From the IMG/VR virus record IMGVR_UViG_2870282538_000006, positions 1 to 64,000 of that record: DNA of 64,000 nt; one strand, 5' to 3'. Every line of letters starts with the position of its first letter. Position 1 is the stretch's first letter. Positions 29,778 to 39,147 of the stretch are shown here, in pieces. Both the position numbers and the translations under genes were made by a program. The notes beneath the pieces are model-generated. The model ran no database searches. It worked only from the letters and a program-made list of their open reading frames with translations, and had not been told where the DNA came from. Source of the stretch: a virus. Taxonomy: Duplodnaviria > Caudoviricetes.

Positions 29778-29923
29778 GATACGAAAATTCCCCTTGATCG
29801 CAAGAGATACTGAATACCTTTTAATGCTTCATTAATGCACTCTTCATTAGGATTGTCGCTATGTAAGTATTCATTCAATTTATTATAAACTTCTTGCAAT
29901 TTTAAAATCTCTGTTCCTGTCAT
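29774..29923 (-). CDS. 49-aa protein (not in track)
   Basis: GAGGAG RBS; stop overlaps the next ATG. Confidence 0.55.
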   Translation of the reverse strand: MTGTEILKLQEVYNKLNEYLHSDNPNEECINEALKGIQYLLRSRGIFVS

Positions 29924-29943
29924 ATTAATCTCCTCTCAATGCA

Positions 29944-29957
29944 TGTAATGCATTTCA
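29944..29957. promoter_or_regulatory. operator palindrome variant TGTAATGCATTTCA
   Basis: One mismatch to consensus; upstream of operon. Confidence 0.55.
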
Positions 29958-30069
29958 ATATGTTTAGTATAAATGAAAACTTGGGGAAAAACAATAGAAA
30001 AACCACGAATAACATAGAAAAATGAAATTCGTGGCATTAAAACAAAGATAAAAAGAGGTATTTTAAAGA

Positions 30070-30270
30070 TTAATGCATTTCATGAAGACTCTTGTCTCTT
30101 GTTGTTTTTATTTCAATTTCATTGCTAATATCGAGAGAAAATTTTATTTGGCCGTACGCATATTGAATTTTGTTACTTCTTAGACCGTATTCAGCACGAG
30201 ATAAGCAATCTTCTAGCAACATCAAGAGCTGTTCTACTGGTAAAGCCTTTAAACTTTTGTCCATAAGCAC
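30070..30270 (-). CDS. hypothetical protein
   Basis: 66-aa ORF. Confidence 0.5.
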   Translation of the reverse strand: MLMDKSLKALPVEQLLMLLEDCLSRAEYGLRSNKIQYAYGQIKFSLDISNEIEIKTTRDKSLHEMH

Positions 30271-30281
30271 CCCTGACTACT

Positions 30282-30959
30282 CTACTTCATTGTTATAGAA
30301 AGAGTTTTCTTTTCTGGCTTGTATTGCATAAAATCAGGCAGTTCGCTGAAGAATTTTTCAGCCCATTCAGTTTCAACTTCAAGTTCAATTTCTTTTTTTC
30401 GTTTTTTTGAAAGAGGACCTTTACTTTTCTCCTCAATGATGATCCGTCTTTCAGCTTCTTTAGCAACAAGATTTTTAAAATCATTAGAATAAGCGTTTTG
30501 AAGTAACGTTGAATCAAGTGCAGGTTTTTTTAAATACTTTTCCAATTGATTGTGCTGCTTTAAGAAATCACGAGCTTTCTCTTCATCGATCACCACTGCT
30601 TTGGGCCCGGTTCTTTTCAGTGAAACGGTAGCCACATCTAATGAAAGTTTTTTACCGTTGTTTGCATCTTTAATATACTTTTCAATCAAGCCGTTAAGTC
30701 CGTCAATTTCTTCTTTTTTCTTTTGAATTTTTTGATCCCATTCGGCTTTAATCGCATCACGTAGCATTGTCAGCCTATCGATTTCTCTTTCAATGTATTT
30801 TCTGGCTAACACCATTTTCCGAACTTTTAGTTCATCGGTTGGCGTTGGAATGTATCCTTTCTCCCGTGTAAAGCTCTCCAACATTTCATTCATTAAATCT
30901 TCTATATTGATATCTTTTGCCTCTTCTTCTAGAGCTTCATAAAGTTTAGGATTAGTCAC
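30282..30959 (-). CDS. Gam/Gp157-like host-nuclease inhibitor candidate
   Basis: Helical coiled coil followed by KKLSLDVATVSLKR...IDEE. Confidence 0.55.
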   Translation of the reverse strand: MTNPKLYEALEEEAKDINIEDLMNEMLESFTREKGYIPTPTDELKVRKMVLARKYIEREIDRLTMLRDAIKAEWDQKIQKKKEEIDGLNGLIEKYIKDANNGKKLSLDVATVSLKRTGPKAVVIDEEKARDFLKQHNQLEKYLKKPALDSTLLQNAYSNDFKNLVAKEAERRIIIEEKSKGPLSKKRKKEIELEVETEWAEKFFSELPDFMQYKPEKKTLSITMK

Positions 30960-30984
30960 ATCAATTCCTCCTTAATCATTTAAT

Positions 30985-30998
30985 CCCCCCGGAGGGGG
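30985..30998. repeat. dispersed hairpin motif copy 2
   Basis: CCCCCC-GGAG-GGGG. Confidence 0.75.
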
Positions 30999-31006
30999 TA
31001 GAATTA

Positions 31007-31405
31007 TTACCCTTTTTTTGCACCTGTAACTACTGGAATCACTTGCTTCTCTTTTTTATCTAAGAGCATTTGAGTACGTTCCTTTGATAGCTCTGGAAAA
31101 TCTGATTCTAGGAATGATCTTACTTGTTCTAAAGTCATATTGTCTTCCGGAACAGGATGTCTATGTCCTGCGTAATACACTACATATCCAGTACCTACTA
31201 TGTCTTCAGGAGTTGCTTTCTGTCTTTTTGTTGCAGGCTTTTTAGTCGCTTTAGGCTTTTCTTGTTTAGGTGTATCAAATAATGCTAGCTGCACTTCTTC
31301 ATGCGTATCTGGTTGTTTTGGTTCCTCTTGTTCCAATCGTGTGCCAAATTCCTGTTTTTGCTCTTGAGTCTGTTCATTGTCAAATTCTAATGCCATTATT
31401 AACAA
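31007..31405 (-). CDS. prokaryotic ubiquitin-like protein (PRTRC protein C-like) with N-terminal extension
   Basis: MTLEQVRSFL...FPEL; C-terminal GAKKG; next to E2 and E1. Confidence 0.7.
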   Translation of the reverse strand: MLIMALEFDNEQTQEQKQEFGTRLEQEEPKQPDTHEEVQLALFDTPKQEKPKATKKPATKRQKATPEDIVGTGYVVYYAGHRHPVPEDNMTLEQVRSFLESDFPELSKERTQMLLDKKEKQVIPVVTGAKKG

Positions 31406-31410
31406 CTCCC

Positions 31411-32088
31411 TTAATTCAATATTTTATTTGTCCAGTCAGCAAAAGTCATGCCCATAGGTCGCAACATATCATAGTTAAACTTTTGCGACTGTGATTTTTC
31501 AAAAAGCTCTCTTAATGGTTGATTCAATAAGTTGTTTTCACCTTGTTTAAATAAGTGATCGTTGAAGGGTTGCTTAGCCCAGTTATAAGGAAAACTCTGT
31601 AGCTGCACAAGATCATGAATGACACTATTGTCGTGATAGCACATATTTCCCTCACTAAATACATTAGAAAAAGGGAATCTAAATAACTGGGTTTCTTCTC
31701 TTAAGAACCTGTCCTTATATGCCATTAGCATAGAAGCTGAAAGTCTATTATTCTTAACCTTAAAGCAGAATACCAAGTTAGGAAATGGAACATCCGTAAA
31801 AACCGTATTGTGATATGTAACATCATTTCTTGATTCAGGATAAATCATGAATAACAGATCCGTGTCATCACTGAGTTTGGCGTATTTAACGGTATTTAGA
31901 GGTAAGCTTGGAGATGCAAGTATGACTTCAGGTTCTGGAGGTCTATCCTCAATATCCTCTACTTTTACAGATGACACAATATGATTTACGAGATCTTGCA
32001 TATTCAGATATATGGTTCTTCTTGCGCCAGCCTTTTCAATCTCTACCTTTGCAGGAAGAGTGTCTTCTAATGTTATTACTGCCTTCAT
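31411..32088 (-). CDS. prokaryotic E2 family D-like protein (PRTRC protein B-like)
   Basis: VPFPNLVF and LFRFPFSNVFSEGNMC (Cys at the E2 site). Confidence 0.75.
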   Translation of the reverse strand: MKAVITLEDTLPAKVEIEKAGARRTIYLNMQDLVNHIVSSVKVEDIEDRPPEPEVILASPSLPLNTVKYAKLSDDTDLLFMIYPESRNDVTYHNTVFTDVPFPNLVFCFKVKNNRLSASMLMAYKDRFLREETQLFRFPFSNVFSEGNMCYHDNSVIHDLVQLQSFPYNWAKQPFNDHLFKQGENNLLNQPLRELFEKSQSQKFNYDMLRPMGMTFADWTNKILN

Positions 32089-32543
32089 TTGATTGAGTTC
32101 ACCTCGATTTTCCTCATTTCCTTAAAAATCGTTAAAATGTCTTCTAATAACACACTATATTTAACATGATCATTACAAGAAAAGTGAAACTCATTACATC
32201 TCCAATCTGATTCCACTTCAACAACATATGAATCCATATAATCTAATGAATTATTAATTGTCTTCTTTATTGCTTTGTAATATTTCTTTAATGCCCTGGG
32301 TAAAGAAAGACTAAAAATAAACAGATAGTTATAATCTTTTGATTGACGAATTTTAAAATATGGATATTTGCCTTGCAGCTTTGACATGCTTAATTTGAAA
32401 CAACCGGAACTTGGAAGTTGGAAATAAGCTATGTCTTCTAAAGGCAATCCCTCATCAAACATAATTTTTGACATAGTGAAGCAATCCAAAGCCTCTAATA
32501 ATTCAATTCGTTCATTTTCAGCCATAAGAGGTACCACACTCAA
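32085..32543 (-). CDS. hypothetical protein in Ubl cassette
   Basis: 152 aa, coupled to the E2 gene. Confidence 0.6.
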   Translation of the reverse strand: MSVVPLMAENERIELLEALDCFTMSKIMFDEGLPLEDIAYFQLPSSGCFKLSMSKLQGKYPYFKIRQSKDYNYLFIFSLSLPRALKKYYKAIKKTINNSLDYMDSYVVEVESDWRCNEFHFSCNDHVKYSVLLEDILTIFKEMRKIEVNSIK

Positions 32544-32599
32544 ATAAACAACTCCTTTCGCTTCTGAGACTTTAATTCACTAAAAGACTGCACCAAGTA

Positions 32600-32875
32600 T
32601 CATATTTGCTCTTGTTGAACTCCATAATGGTCCAAGTCTGCTGGATCAAATTCTGTCTCCACTGAAGGCCAATATAAGATCAAATCATTTACCCATTCTA
32701 ACTCTTGCAATGTGAAAGATGACAAAACTTGAGGAGTTGCCTTCTCATTTTCAATAAATAGATTTAACACTTCAAGAGTTCTCTCGTGTGAGTCAACAAT
32801 ATCATTTGATAGAGAATTAGCTTTTAACGCTCTATCAACAAAGACAGACAGATCAAATAAATCACTCATATTCAA
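32600..32875 (-). CDS. hypothetical protein in Ubl cassette
   Basis: 91 aa, overlaps the E1 stop. Confidence 0.6.
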   Translation of the reverse strand: MNMSDLFDLSVFVDRALKANSLSNDIVDSHERTLEVLNLFIENEKATPQVLSSFTLQELEWVNDLILYWPSVETEFDPADLDHYGVQQEQI

Positions 32876-33689
32876 GCTGCTCCTTTGCTATATAAGTGGG
32901 TTTTATCAACATTGTCCTTGCATTAAAATTTGTGTAATGCGATACAATTTCTTTATCATGAAGCAGAGTATTTAGATACCCCATCATGACTAGAGCTGCT
33001 ACTTCATTTGTTTGCATTCTTTGAGGAAAATAGACAACTTGTTCACCGCATGCTTGAGTAGGCAACCTGGTATCTTTATCTTTAAGAATGTTTGGATAAA
33101 TTGATCCAACCGGCGATAAATACTCTTTCCCTTTTATTTTCACACCACATACCACTTGGCCAGAGTATCCGCTCTCTTTACTCCCCTCTTCATCGACAGA
33201 ATCAATTCCACTATCAATGTAGATGATGGTGGATGTGTTTTGAAATACTTCATGCATGATCTGACGAGTTGCATTATTATCAACACATCCTAAAAGAATA
33301 GGAATATTCCATCGCATATGGTGCCTATTGTTGCGCATAATCTTTTCAATATCTTCACTTGATTCTATGTAATCGTCTTTATAGAGAATTGGGATTTCAT
33401 ATGCATTATCATATCTTTCAGCTAATATTTGTGACTTCGGTTGATTTAGATCTTGCTCGATAAAAGGCTGCCGAAATAGATTAGTTTTTTCAACTCGATC
33501 TCCATCAACAATTTGATAATTAAAATAAAATTTGTCATTTTGGCTAGACAAGCTATAAAGGAGCTTAGATAGCCTTTGAACTAAATATCCTCCATTTCCG
33601 CCGGCTCCAATTTGCACAATATTAAAAGAGAAATCGGGCACTATGCAATTATGCAAGGCATCCGACAATTTAAATACAGGATGAAACAT
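32862..33689 (-). CDS. ThiF/E1-family adenylyltransferase
   Basis: IGAGGNG, DGDRVEKTNLFRQ, GCVDN, ACG. Confidence 0.88.
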   Translation of the reverse strand: MFHPVFKLSDALHNCIVPDFSFNIVQIGAGGNGGYLVQRLSKLLYSLSSQNDKFYFNYQIVDGDRVEKTNLFRQPFIEQDLNQPKSQILAERYDNAYEIPILYKDDYIESSEDIEKIMRNNRHHMRWNIPILLGCVDNNATRQIMHEVFQNTSTIIYIDSGIDSVDEEGSKESGYSGQVVCGVKIKGKEYLSPVGSIYPNILKDKDTRLPTQACGEQVVYFPQRMQTNEVAALVMMGYLNTLLHDKEIVSHYTNFNARTMLIKPTYIAKEQLEYE

Positions 33690-33709
33690 CAGTTATCTCC
33701 TTCTCATGC

Positions 33710-34255
33710 TTATTTTTGAAAATCTTCAATTTGTTTAGCAAGCAAACGATTATGCTCAAGAAGTGCCTGGATCGTTTGCACATAAGAGAGCAATATCTCA
33801 TAGTCAAGGGCAACATAGTCTTTGTCACTCCCCTTAAAGGTAAAGGGCAAAAAATAATAAGAACGTCTCATTTGTTTAGCTTCTTCTTCTAACTTATCAA
33901 GCCATTCTTTTTTAATTGTTATTTGCTTGTGCCCTTTCGCATCCTTACTACCACGTTCTTTGAATTCTGCAAGTGCAGCTGTCAGCTCTTCTTCAGTAAT
34001 CATGTCGCCCAATGCGAAATGAAGAGCGCCTGACGCAACTTGACGGCGAGCTACATCCCTTGCTTTATAAACATTTTGATTATAGCGGCGTGTACCTCGA
34101 TTTTCGAAATCCATTCCTTCTTTTTTCTCTTTGCGAGTAGAGGATCTGGCATTAAGTCCTTTTTTCTCCTTAATCGGCTTATATAGATTATAATTAAAAC
34201 ATTTAAAGCATGATTTTTCGTGGTTTGAACATTCATCTTGATACGTACAATCCAT
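33710..34255 (-). CDS. PD-(D/E)XK nuclease / Holliday junction resolvase-like
   Basis: GMDFE, ASGA...GD, AEFK; N-terminal Cys cluster. Confidence 0.6.
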   Translation of the reverse strand: MDCTYQDECSNHEKSCFKCFNYNLYKPIKEKKGLNARSSTRKEKKEGMDFENRGTRRYNQNVYKARDVARRQVASGALHFALGDMITEEELTAALAEFKERGSKDAKGHKQITIKKEWLDKLEEEAKQMRRSYYFLPFTFKGSDKDYVALDYEILLSYVQTIQALLEHNRLLAKQIEDFQK

Positions 34256-34300
34256 TTTATTTCATCCCTTTCACATAAAAAAGAGGGAGTATAATCTCCC

Positions 34301-34771
34301 TCAATTTGTCGTGATTGTGTTTTCGATCTTGAGCAAGGAGTTATTAGTAACTTTCGCATCAGCTTTTGCTTGTAGTGATTTCACCGTAGCTTCAAGCGAA
34401 TAGTAATAACCAACAAAGAGATCTTCTAAATCAAACAAGTTGACAGTTTCTTCATGCCAAAATTCAGGGGCGGGGAATTCCCTTGCATATTGAATACCCC
34501 CTGCTTTTCTTGCCTGTTCATTTTTGCCTTCATACAGATCTTCTAATACACTTTTTAGAAGACGTTGAATTGCATCCTTATTCCGACGTGCACGACCAAA
34601 GTCATAAAGGGCTTTGGTGTATTCTTCTTCAACACGGACATTAAAAAAGTGGATGGCTGTTTCATTGATCTCCGGCACTTTTAAAGATCGGTTTGTTCGT
34701 TCATATTCATCTATGAGATTATCCCACATTTTGAAATCCTCACTCAATAAGCGATCCAATACATTATTCAT
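34301..34771 (-). CDS. helical protein, possible UvsY-like recombination mediator
   Basis: All-helical 156 aa, GKNEQARKA; near recA. Confidence 0.45.
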   Translation of the reverse strand: MNNVLDRLLSEDFKMWDNLIDEYERTNRSLKVPEINETAIHFFNVRVEEEYTKALYDFGRARRNKDAIQRLLKSVLEDLYEGKNEQARKAGGIQYAREFPAPEFWHEETVNLFDLEDLFVGYYYSLEATVKSLQAKADAKVTNNSLLKIENTITTN

Positions 34772-34798
34772 TCACACTCTCTCCTCGCAAGTGTGGAA

Positions 34799-35038
34799 CT
34801 AACCTCGCTCATAACGATCACAAAGCCGATTAAGCCTAGCTGCATACAGATTCATTATTTCATGGGAAACTGATGAAGAGAGAGCAGGAGTTTTTTCTAT
34901 CTCTTTGTATAACTCCTGTGTAATCTGATTACCTTCATCTTTTGTAGGACACTCTTCATTCTCCATAAAATCCATAAGTTTCTGAACAATGATATCTGTT
35001 TTTGTTACAACGCTTGCAGAAGACGACAATAATGACAA
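34799..35038 (-). CDS. hypothetical protein
   Basis: 79 aa, GAGGG RBS. Confidence 0.55.
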   Translation of the reverse strand: MSLLSSSASVVTKTDIIVQKLMDFMENEECPTKDEGNQITQELYKEIEKTPALSSSVSHEIMNLYAARLNRLCDRYERG

Positions 35039-35046
35039 CCCCTCTT

Positions 35047-35568
35047 TTATTTTTTCACAATATACACGATTGTTCCATCCTTTAGGGGTTGAGTTTGAAT
35101 TATTTTTGTTGTATCAATTCCAGCTTGTGCCGCGGGAGCTTTATTTAGTTCCGCTTGTAATTGGTTAATACGCTCATTAAGTTCCTTGTTCTCGTTTTGA
35201 AGCCTTTTGTTTTCCTCGGTTAAATTTTGAAGAATAGCTTCAAAGCGCTTAACGCCTGAGCTTAATGAACCAACCATTTTGAAAATATCGCCTACCTGTT
35301 CTTCAGGTTCTGGAATGCCATAAAAAACAATTTCATTAGACTCTGTTTTTTCCCTTGAAGGAACAATCTGAATAACTCCATTAGTACGAAGTTTTTGTAC
35401 AGCACGGTGTACAGTTGCTTCACTAATGCCAAGCTGCCCAGAAATTTTTCTCATTGATTCTTTCAACGTCTTGTTGGCATTACTTTCAGCCTTAGCCTTA
35501 ATGTAGTCATAAACTTTCACTTCATTTTCACTCAATGAAGCAAGCACCTTTTCTTCAGTAAACATCAT
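35047..35568 (-). CDS. HTH plus coiled-coil DNA-binding protein
   Basis: SMRKISGQLGISEATVHRAVQKL HTH; AAGGAG RBS supports MMFTEE start. Confidence 0.75.
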   Translation of the reverse strand: MMFTEEKVLASLSENEVKVYDYIKAKAESNANKTLKESMRKISGQLGISEATVHRAVQKLRTNGVIQIVPSREKTESNEIVFYGIPEPEEQVGDIFKMVGSLSSGVKRFEAILQNLTEENKRLQNENKELNERINQLQAELNKAPAAQAGIDTTKIIQTQPLKDGTIVYIVKK

Positions 35569-35598
35569 CCTTGAAACATCTCCTTTTTTCAACCCATC

Positions 35599-35673
35599 GT
35601 AATGCATTACAATTTATTACAATCTTTCTTTAGTATACATCTATCATAACTTATTTAAACATAATGCATTACA
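35599..35673. promoter_or_regulatory. two operator palindromes upstream of the HTH gene
   Basis: GTAATGCATTAC at 35599-35610; TAATGCATTACA at 35662-35673. Confidence 0.65.
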
Positions 35674-35771
35674 AAATTTCAAGGATTATTGATGCGTTCG
35701 TCAAAAATAGTCAAAATTCTTCAAAATTCTTCACTTTTCATCAGATTTTGGTGCTTTATTTTATATAATTG

Positions 35772-35801
35772 AGTATATAGTCTTAGTCCTTTGGTTGTCA
35801 A
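35772..35801 (-). promoter_or_regulatory. sigma-A promoter
   Basis: TTGACA-18-TATACT. Confidence 0.6.
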
Positions 35802-35866
35802 TTGATTTATAGACTAAAACTTTAGACTTCTTTCGACTCAATTCGACATTCAAATGCATTTCATCA

Positions 35867-36139
35867 TCATGAAAATATCTCAAGTTTTCTCCTGCGTTCT
35901 CTTTCAAGTTGCTTTTTCTGTCTGTCTCTCTCCACAGCTTCTTCGTCTACTGCTCCTATGCCACGTAGTTCAGCAATTTTCATGATTTCGTCAATGTTGT
36001 ATACACGATAATTGTTTTTTGGGTTTCTTCTTGCAGGTGGAATTAATCCATTTTCCTCCCAATACATGATAGTATCCCGATGAACATCTAGCATAAGGGC
36101 AGCTTGATGCATAGTATAATCTTTTTTTCGTTCTGTCAT
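35867..36139 (-). CDS. MerR-type HTH protein
   Basis: YTMHQAALMLDVHRDTIMYWEENGLI...NYRVY. Confidence 0.85.
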   Translation of the reverse strand: MTERKKDYTMHQAALMLDVHRDTIMYWEENGLIPPARRNPKNNYRVYNIDEIMKIAELRGIGAVDEEAVERDRQKKQLERERRRKLEIFS

Positions 36140-36142
36140 TAA

Positions 36143-36766
36143 TCATGGACTCCTTTGCAATTTGTTGTCCACCTTTTGCTTTGCAAGCATTATATGATTG
36201 CAATACTCTTCATACAAGTTCTTATCTGTCATGGCATAAATGGTCCGATACGTTGTAATCATTTCGAACTTATCAAGAAGATTGGTTGTGTATCCGGCCA
36301 TATTTATATTTGGATCAAAGAATTTACCTACGTCATAACCTAAAGAAATAATTACAGATGGCTTCACACATAAAATTTCTGATAACAAGTGTGTGTAACA
36401 CATTTCAGGTGTACTTGTTGTTTCACACTTAGACAGCGAGGTGAAATAAATATCTTCAAGTGAATAATTGGCCCAAGTTAATGTATTTACAAGAAGCTGA
36501 CCTTCCTGAGTCTGAAAATCAACATCGCTTGGAGTTTCTCCAATTACCATAACGGGAGCATCAAAATTGCCGAGTTCTAATGGCTTGATGAATTTCTTGT
36601 TATTACAAGCAAAGCAATTGTGGATGCTTGTTTTAATTTCAAAAGGCACTACTTGCTTTTCAAAAAGTTCCTGAGTCAAAATCTGATCATAGAAACCTGG
36701 TTCAAATTTATGTTTAGACTCTTCTTTAACTTCAAAAGGTAGGGTGTTATTTTCCGATATAGTCAA
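36143..36766 (-). CDS. uracil-DNA glycosylase family 4-like protein, degenerate
   Basis: CxxC, VMVIGETPS, KC...C, VKPSVIISLG. Confidence 0.65.
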   Translation of the reverse strand: MTISENNTLPFEVKEESKHKFEPGFYDQILTQELFEKQVVPFEIKTSIHNCFACNNKKFIKPLELGNFDAPVMVIGETPSDVDFQTQEGQLLVNTLTWANYSLEDIYFTSLSKCETTSTPEMCYTHLLSEILCVKPSVIISLGYDVGKFFDPNINMAGYTTNLLDKFEMITTYRTIYAMTDKNLYEEYCNHIMLAKQKVDNKLQRSP

Positions 36767-36799
36767 TTCCTTTTCTCCTCTCCTTCAAAAGAGAATAGA

Positions 36800-37975
36800 T
36801 TAATCTATAATCCCTTCGGACTCCATCAGCATGTCATCTTTTTCTTGCTCATCCTCTGAATTATCCTCTTGAATCATTTGAGCGTCTTTAGGTATACGGC
36901 CTTGAACAATGCTATTTGTATATTCAAATAAGGCGGGACTTTGTTTTAGAGCTGCTTCGACTGTTTCTTTCCCTCTCCATTTCAGTTCATTCCCAGCTCC
37001 ATCCTTATAAGGCTCATCATGACTTTCACCATAATAGTAATAAGCTCCAGCACGCTTTATGATATCCATATCCATAGCAACATTCATGATGTCTTTAATT
37101 ACATCTACACCAGTATCCCAGTAGTAATCAAATTCTGTCTTAGTAAATGGTCGGGATACTTTATTTTTCTTTACAGTGACTTTCATTGTTTGACCAAGAA
37201 ACACATCACCTTTTTTTATTTCACTACGACGCACATCCAGACGCACAGAGGAATAAAATTTTAATGCACGGCCACCAGGAGTATGCTCAGGATTTCCGTA
37301 CATTACTCCTACTTTTTCACGGAGCTGGTTAATCATAATGACCAAACAATTCATTTTTGATGCGTGTTTGGCAATTACAGGGAGCATTTGTGAGTTCAGC
37401 CTAGCTTGCAGGCCAACATGATTATCTTCAGCCGAGCCATCTATAATTTTTTTGGGAACAAATGATGGCAAAGAATCTCCAATAATTAATCCAACTTGCC
37501 CAGACAATATTAAAGTAGTCATCAGATCATATGCCTGTTCTCCACATTCAGGCTGTGAAATTAACATACCTGTTTCTTCACTAATGTCTACTCCTAGGCT
37601 TTGAGCATGAAATGGATCAAGAGCATTTTCAGCATCAATAAAGACAGCTTTTTTTCCATAGAAAACATGAGACTTTAAACGTGCATGTTTTTGAAATTCG
37701 GCTACAACTTTAAGAGCAAGTGTTGTTTTACCAGATGATTCGGGTCCATAAATTTCCACCAACCTATTATATGGCAGTCCGCCAATACCTAGAGCAAAGT
37801 CTAAGCTTGGAATACCTGTACTAACAGGTTGAATCTTTACTGTCTGCTCACCTTCAAAAGCATAGATTGATCCTTCGCCCATTCGAGTATTAATCATTTT
37901 CATTATATCTTTATTAGACATTTGTTCTTTTGATATTTCAATATCATTATTTTTCTTAGTCTTTGTTTTTGCCAT
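36800..37975 (-). CDS. recA: recombinase RecA
   Basis: GPESSGKTT, FIDAENALDP, INQLREKVGVMYGNPE, GGRALKFY. Confidence 0.95.
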   Translation of the reverse strand: MAKTKTKKNNDIEISKEQMSNKDIMKMINTRMGEGSIYAFEGEQTVKIQPVSTGIPSLDFALGIGGLPYNRLVEIYGPESSGKTTLALKVVAEFQKHARLKSHVFYGKKAVFIDAENALDPFHAQSLGVDISEETGMLISQPECGEQAYDLMTTLILSGQVGLIIGDSLPSFVPKKIIDGSAEDNHVGLQARLNSQMLPVIAKHASKMNCLVIMINQLREKVGVMYGNPEHTPGGRALKFYSSVRLDVRRSEIKKGDVFLGQTMKVTVKKNKVSRPFTKTEFDYYWDTGVDVIKDIMNVAMDMDIIKRAGAYYYYGESHDEPYKDGAGNELKWRGKETVEAALKQSPALFEYTNSIVQGRIPKDAQMIQEDNSEDEQEKDDMLMESEGIID

Positions 37976-38354
37976 TTATGTCACTCCACCCATTGTATGT
38001 CTCAATAAATGATTGCGATTCGTCCTGAAGTTGTTTTATTTGTCTCAAGACATTTAACTTATCATCATTGATTTCATTTTCAGGAAGATCTTTAATCTCT
38101 TTTGTAATTTGTGCTCCACGATTATTTAAAGCTTTTGATAAGCATTGCGTAAAGACTATAAGCATTTGATCTGGAATTTCTTTTTCTGTTTTGAGTAGTT
38201 TTAAGCATTCTTCAAGAGTGTCTTTAAACATCTTAATTTTTGCTGTATTTTGAGGCATTCCTCGGTTTATGTAATAGTCATAAATACCAATCATAAACCT
38301 TGATAATGAATCAGCAGGGCTAGGTTTTCTTCGACTCATACAATATACCACCAT
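37956..38354 (-). CDS. hypothetical protein
   Basis: Helical ORF between ssb and recA; likely start MSRRK. Confidence 0.6.
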   Translation of the reverse strand: MVVYCMSRRKPSPADSLSRFMIGIYDYYINRGMPQNTAKIKMFKDTLEECLKLLKTEKEIPDQMLIVFTQCLSKALNNRGAQITKEIKDLPENEINDDKLNVLRQIKQLQDESQSFIETYNGWSDINGKNKD

Positions 38355-38396
38355 TCTGTATCCATAAAATCAGCAAAGGGGAAATCCCCCTTTGCC

Positions 38397-39104
38397 TTAT
38401 TGTTGTGGAAAGTTTCCAGGAAAACCTCCATTTGGTGCTCCAACTCCCGCCGGCGCTCCAAATCCTCCTGGCGGGTTTGGTGGAAATCCGTTTTGTGGAG
38501 TTCCATTTTGTGGCGGAGCTGGTGTGAATCCTTGCGGCTGCCCCTGAGGTTGCCCTTGAGGCGGTTGTGGTGGGAAACCACCTTGCGGCTGTCCTTGAGG
38601 TGGTTGTTGATATCCACCATTATTAAACTGGCCAGTAGGCTGCTGATGCCCTCCGCCTTGGCTTTGTTGTTGATTAGATCCACCATCAAGACCCACTATC
38701 TTTGATACTTTGATCGTTGGGTAATAACTGTAGCTGCCATCCTTTTTTGTTTGCCGTAATTCGGGAACACCTTCAATAAACACTTTACGACCTTTTCCGC
38801 AGTGGTTTACCAAATAGTTATGTTTACTGTCTTGTCCTTCATTTCCCCAAACTTCAATAAACCAAAAATCAGTTTTATCGCTAGTGTGATTTACTGCAAT
38901 TGAAGAAGAAGCAACTTTAGAATTGTTGATTACTTTTGACTCTGGATCTTTCGTAATACGTCCAATAAGCTGAATTTTCACGTGATTATCGTATCCTGAA
39001 TTATTATAACCATTTTGATTGCCTTGGTTGTTATTTGGTTGAAATCCACCTTGAGGTTGTTGTTGAAATCCACCTTGATTTGCGTATGGGTTATTCATAG
39101 CCAT
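38397..39104 (-). CDS. ssb: single-stranded DNA-binding protein with Q/P/G-rich tails
   Basis: LIGRITKDPE, TDFW, KGRKVFIEG OB fold. Confidence 0.85.
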   Translation of the reverse strand: MAMNNPYANQGGFQQQPQGGFQPNNNQGNQNGYNNSGYDNHVKIQLIGRITKDPESKVINNSKVASSSIAVNHTSDKTDFWFIEVWGNEGQDSKHNYLVNHCGKGRKVFIEGVPELRQTKKDGSYSYYPTIKVSKIVGLDGGSNQQQSQGGGHQQPTGQFNNGGYQQPPQGQPQGGFPPQPPQGQPQGQPQGFTPAPPQNGTPQNGFPPNPPGGFGAPAGVGAPNGGFPGNFPQQ

Positions 39105-39147
39105 ATTTGTTTCCTCCTAGTTTTGTAAATGTGCTTTCTTTCAAAGT

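Noticed and set aside
38336-38705. Alternative-frame ORFs and repeats over the ssb tail
   Set aside because: Explained by low-complexity Gln/Pro/Gly codons
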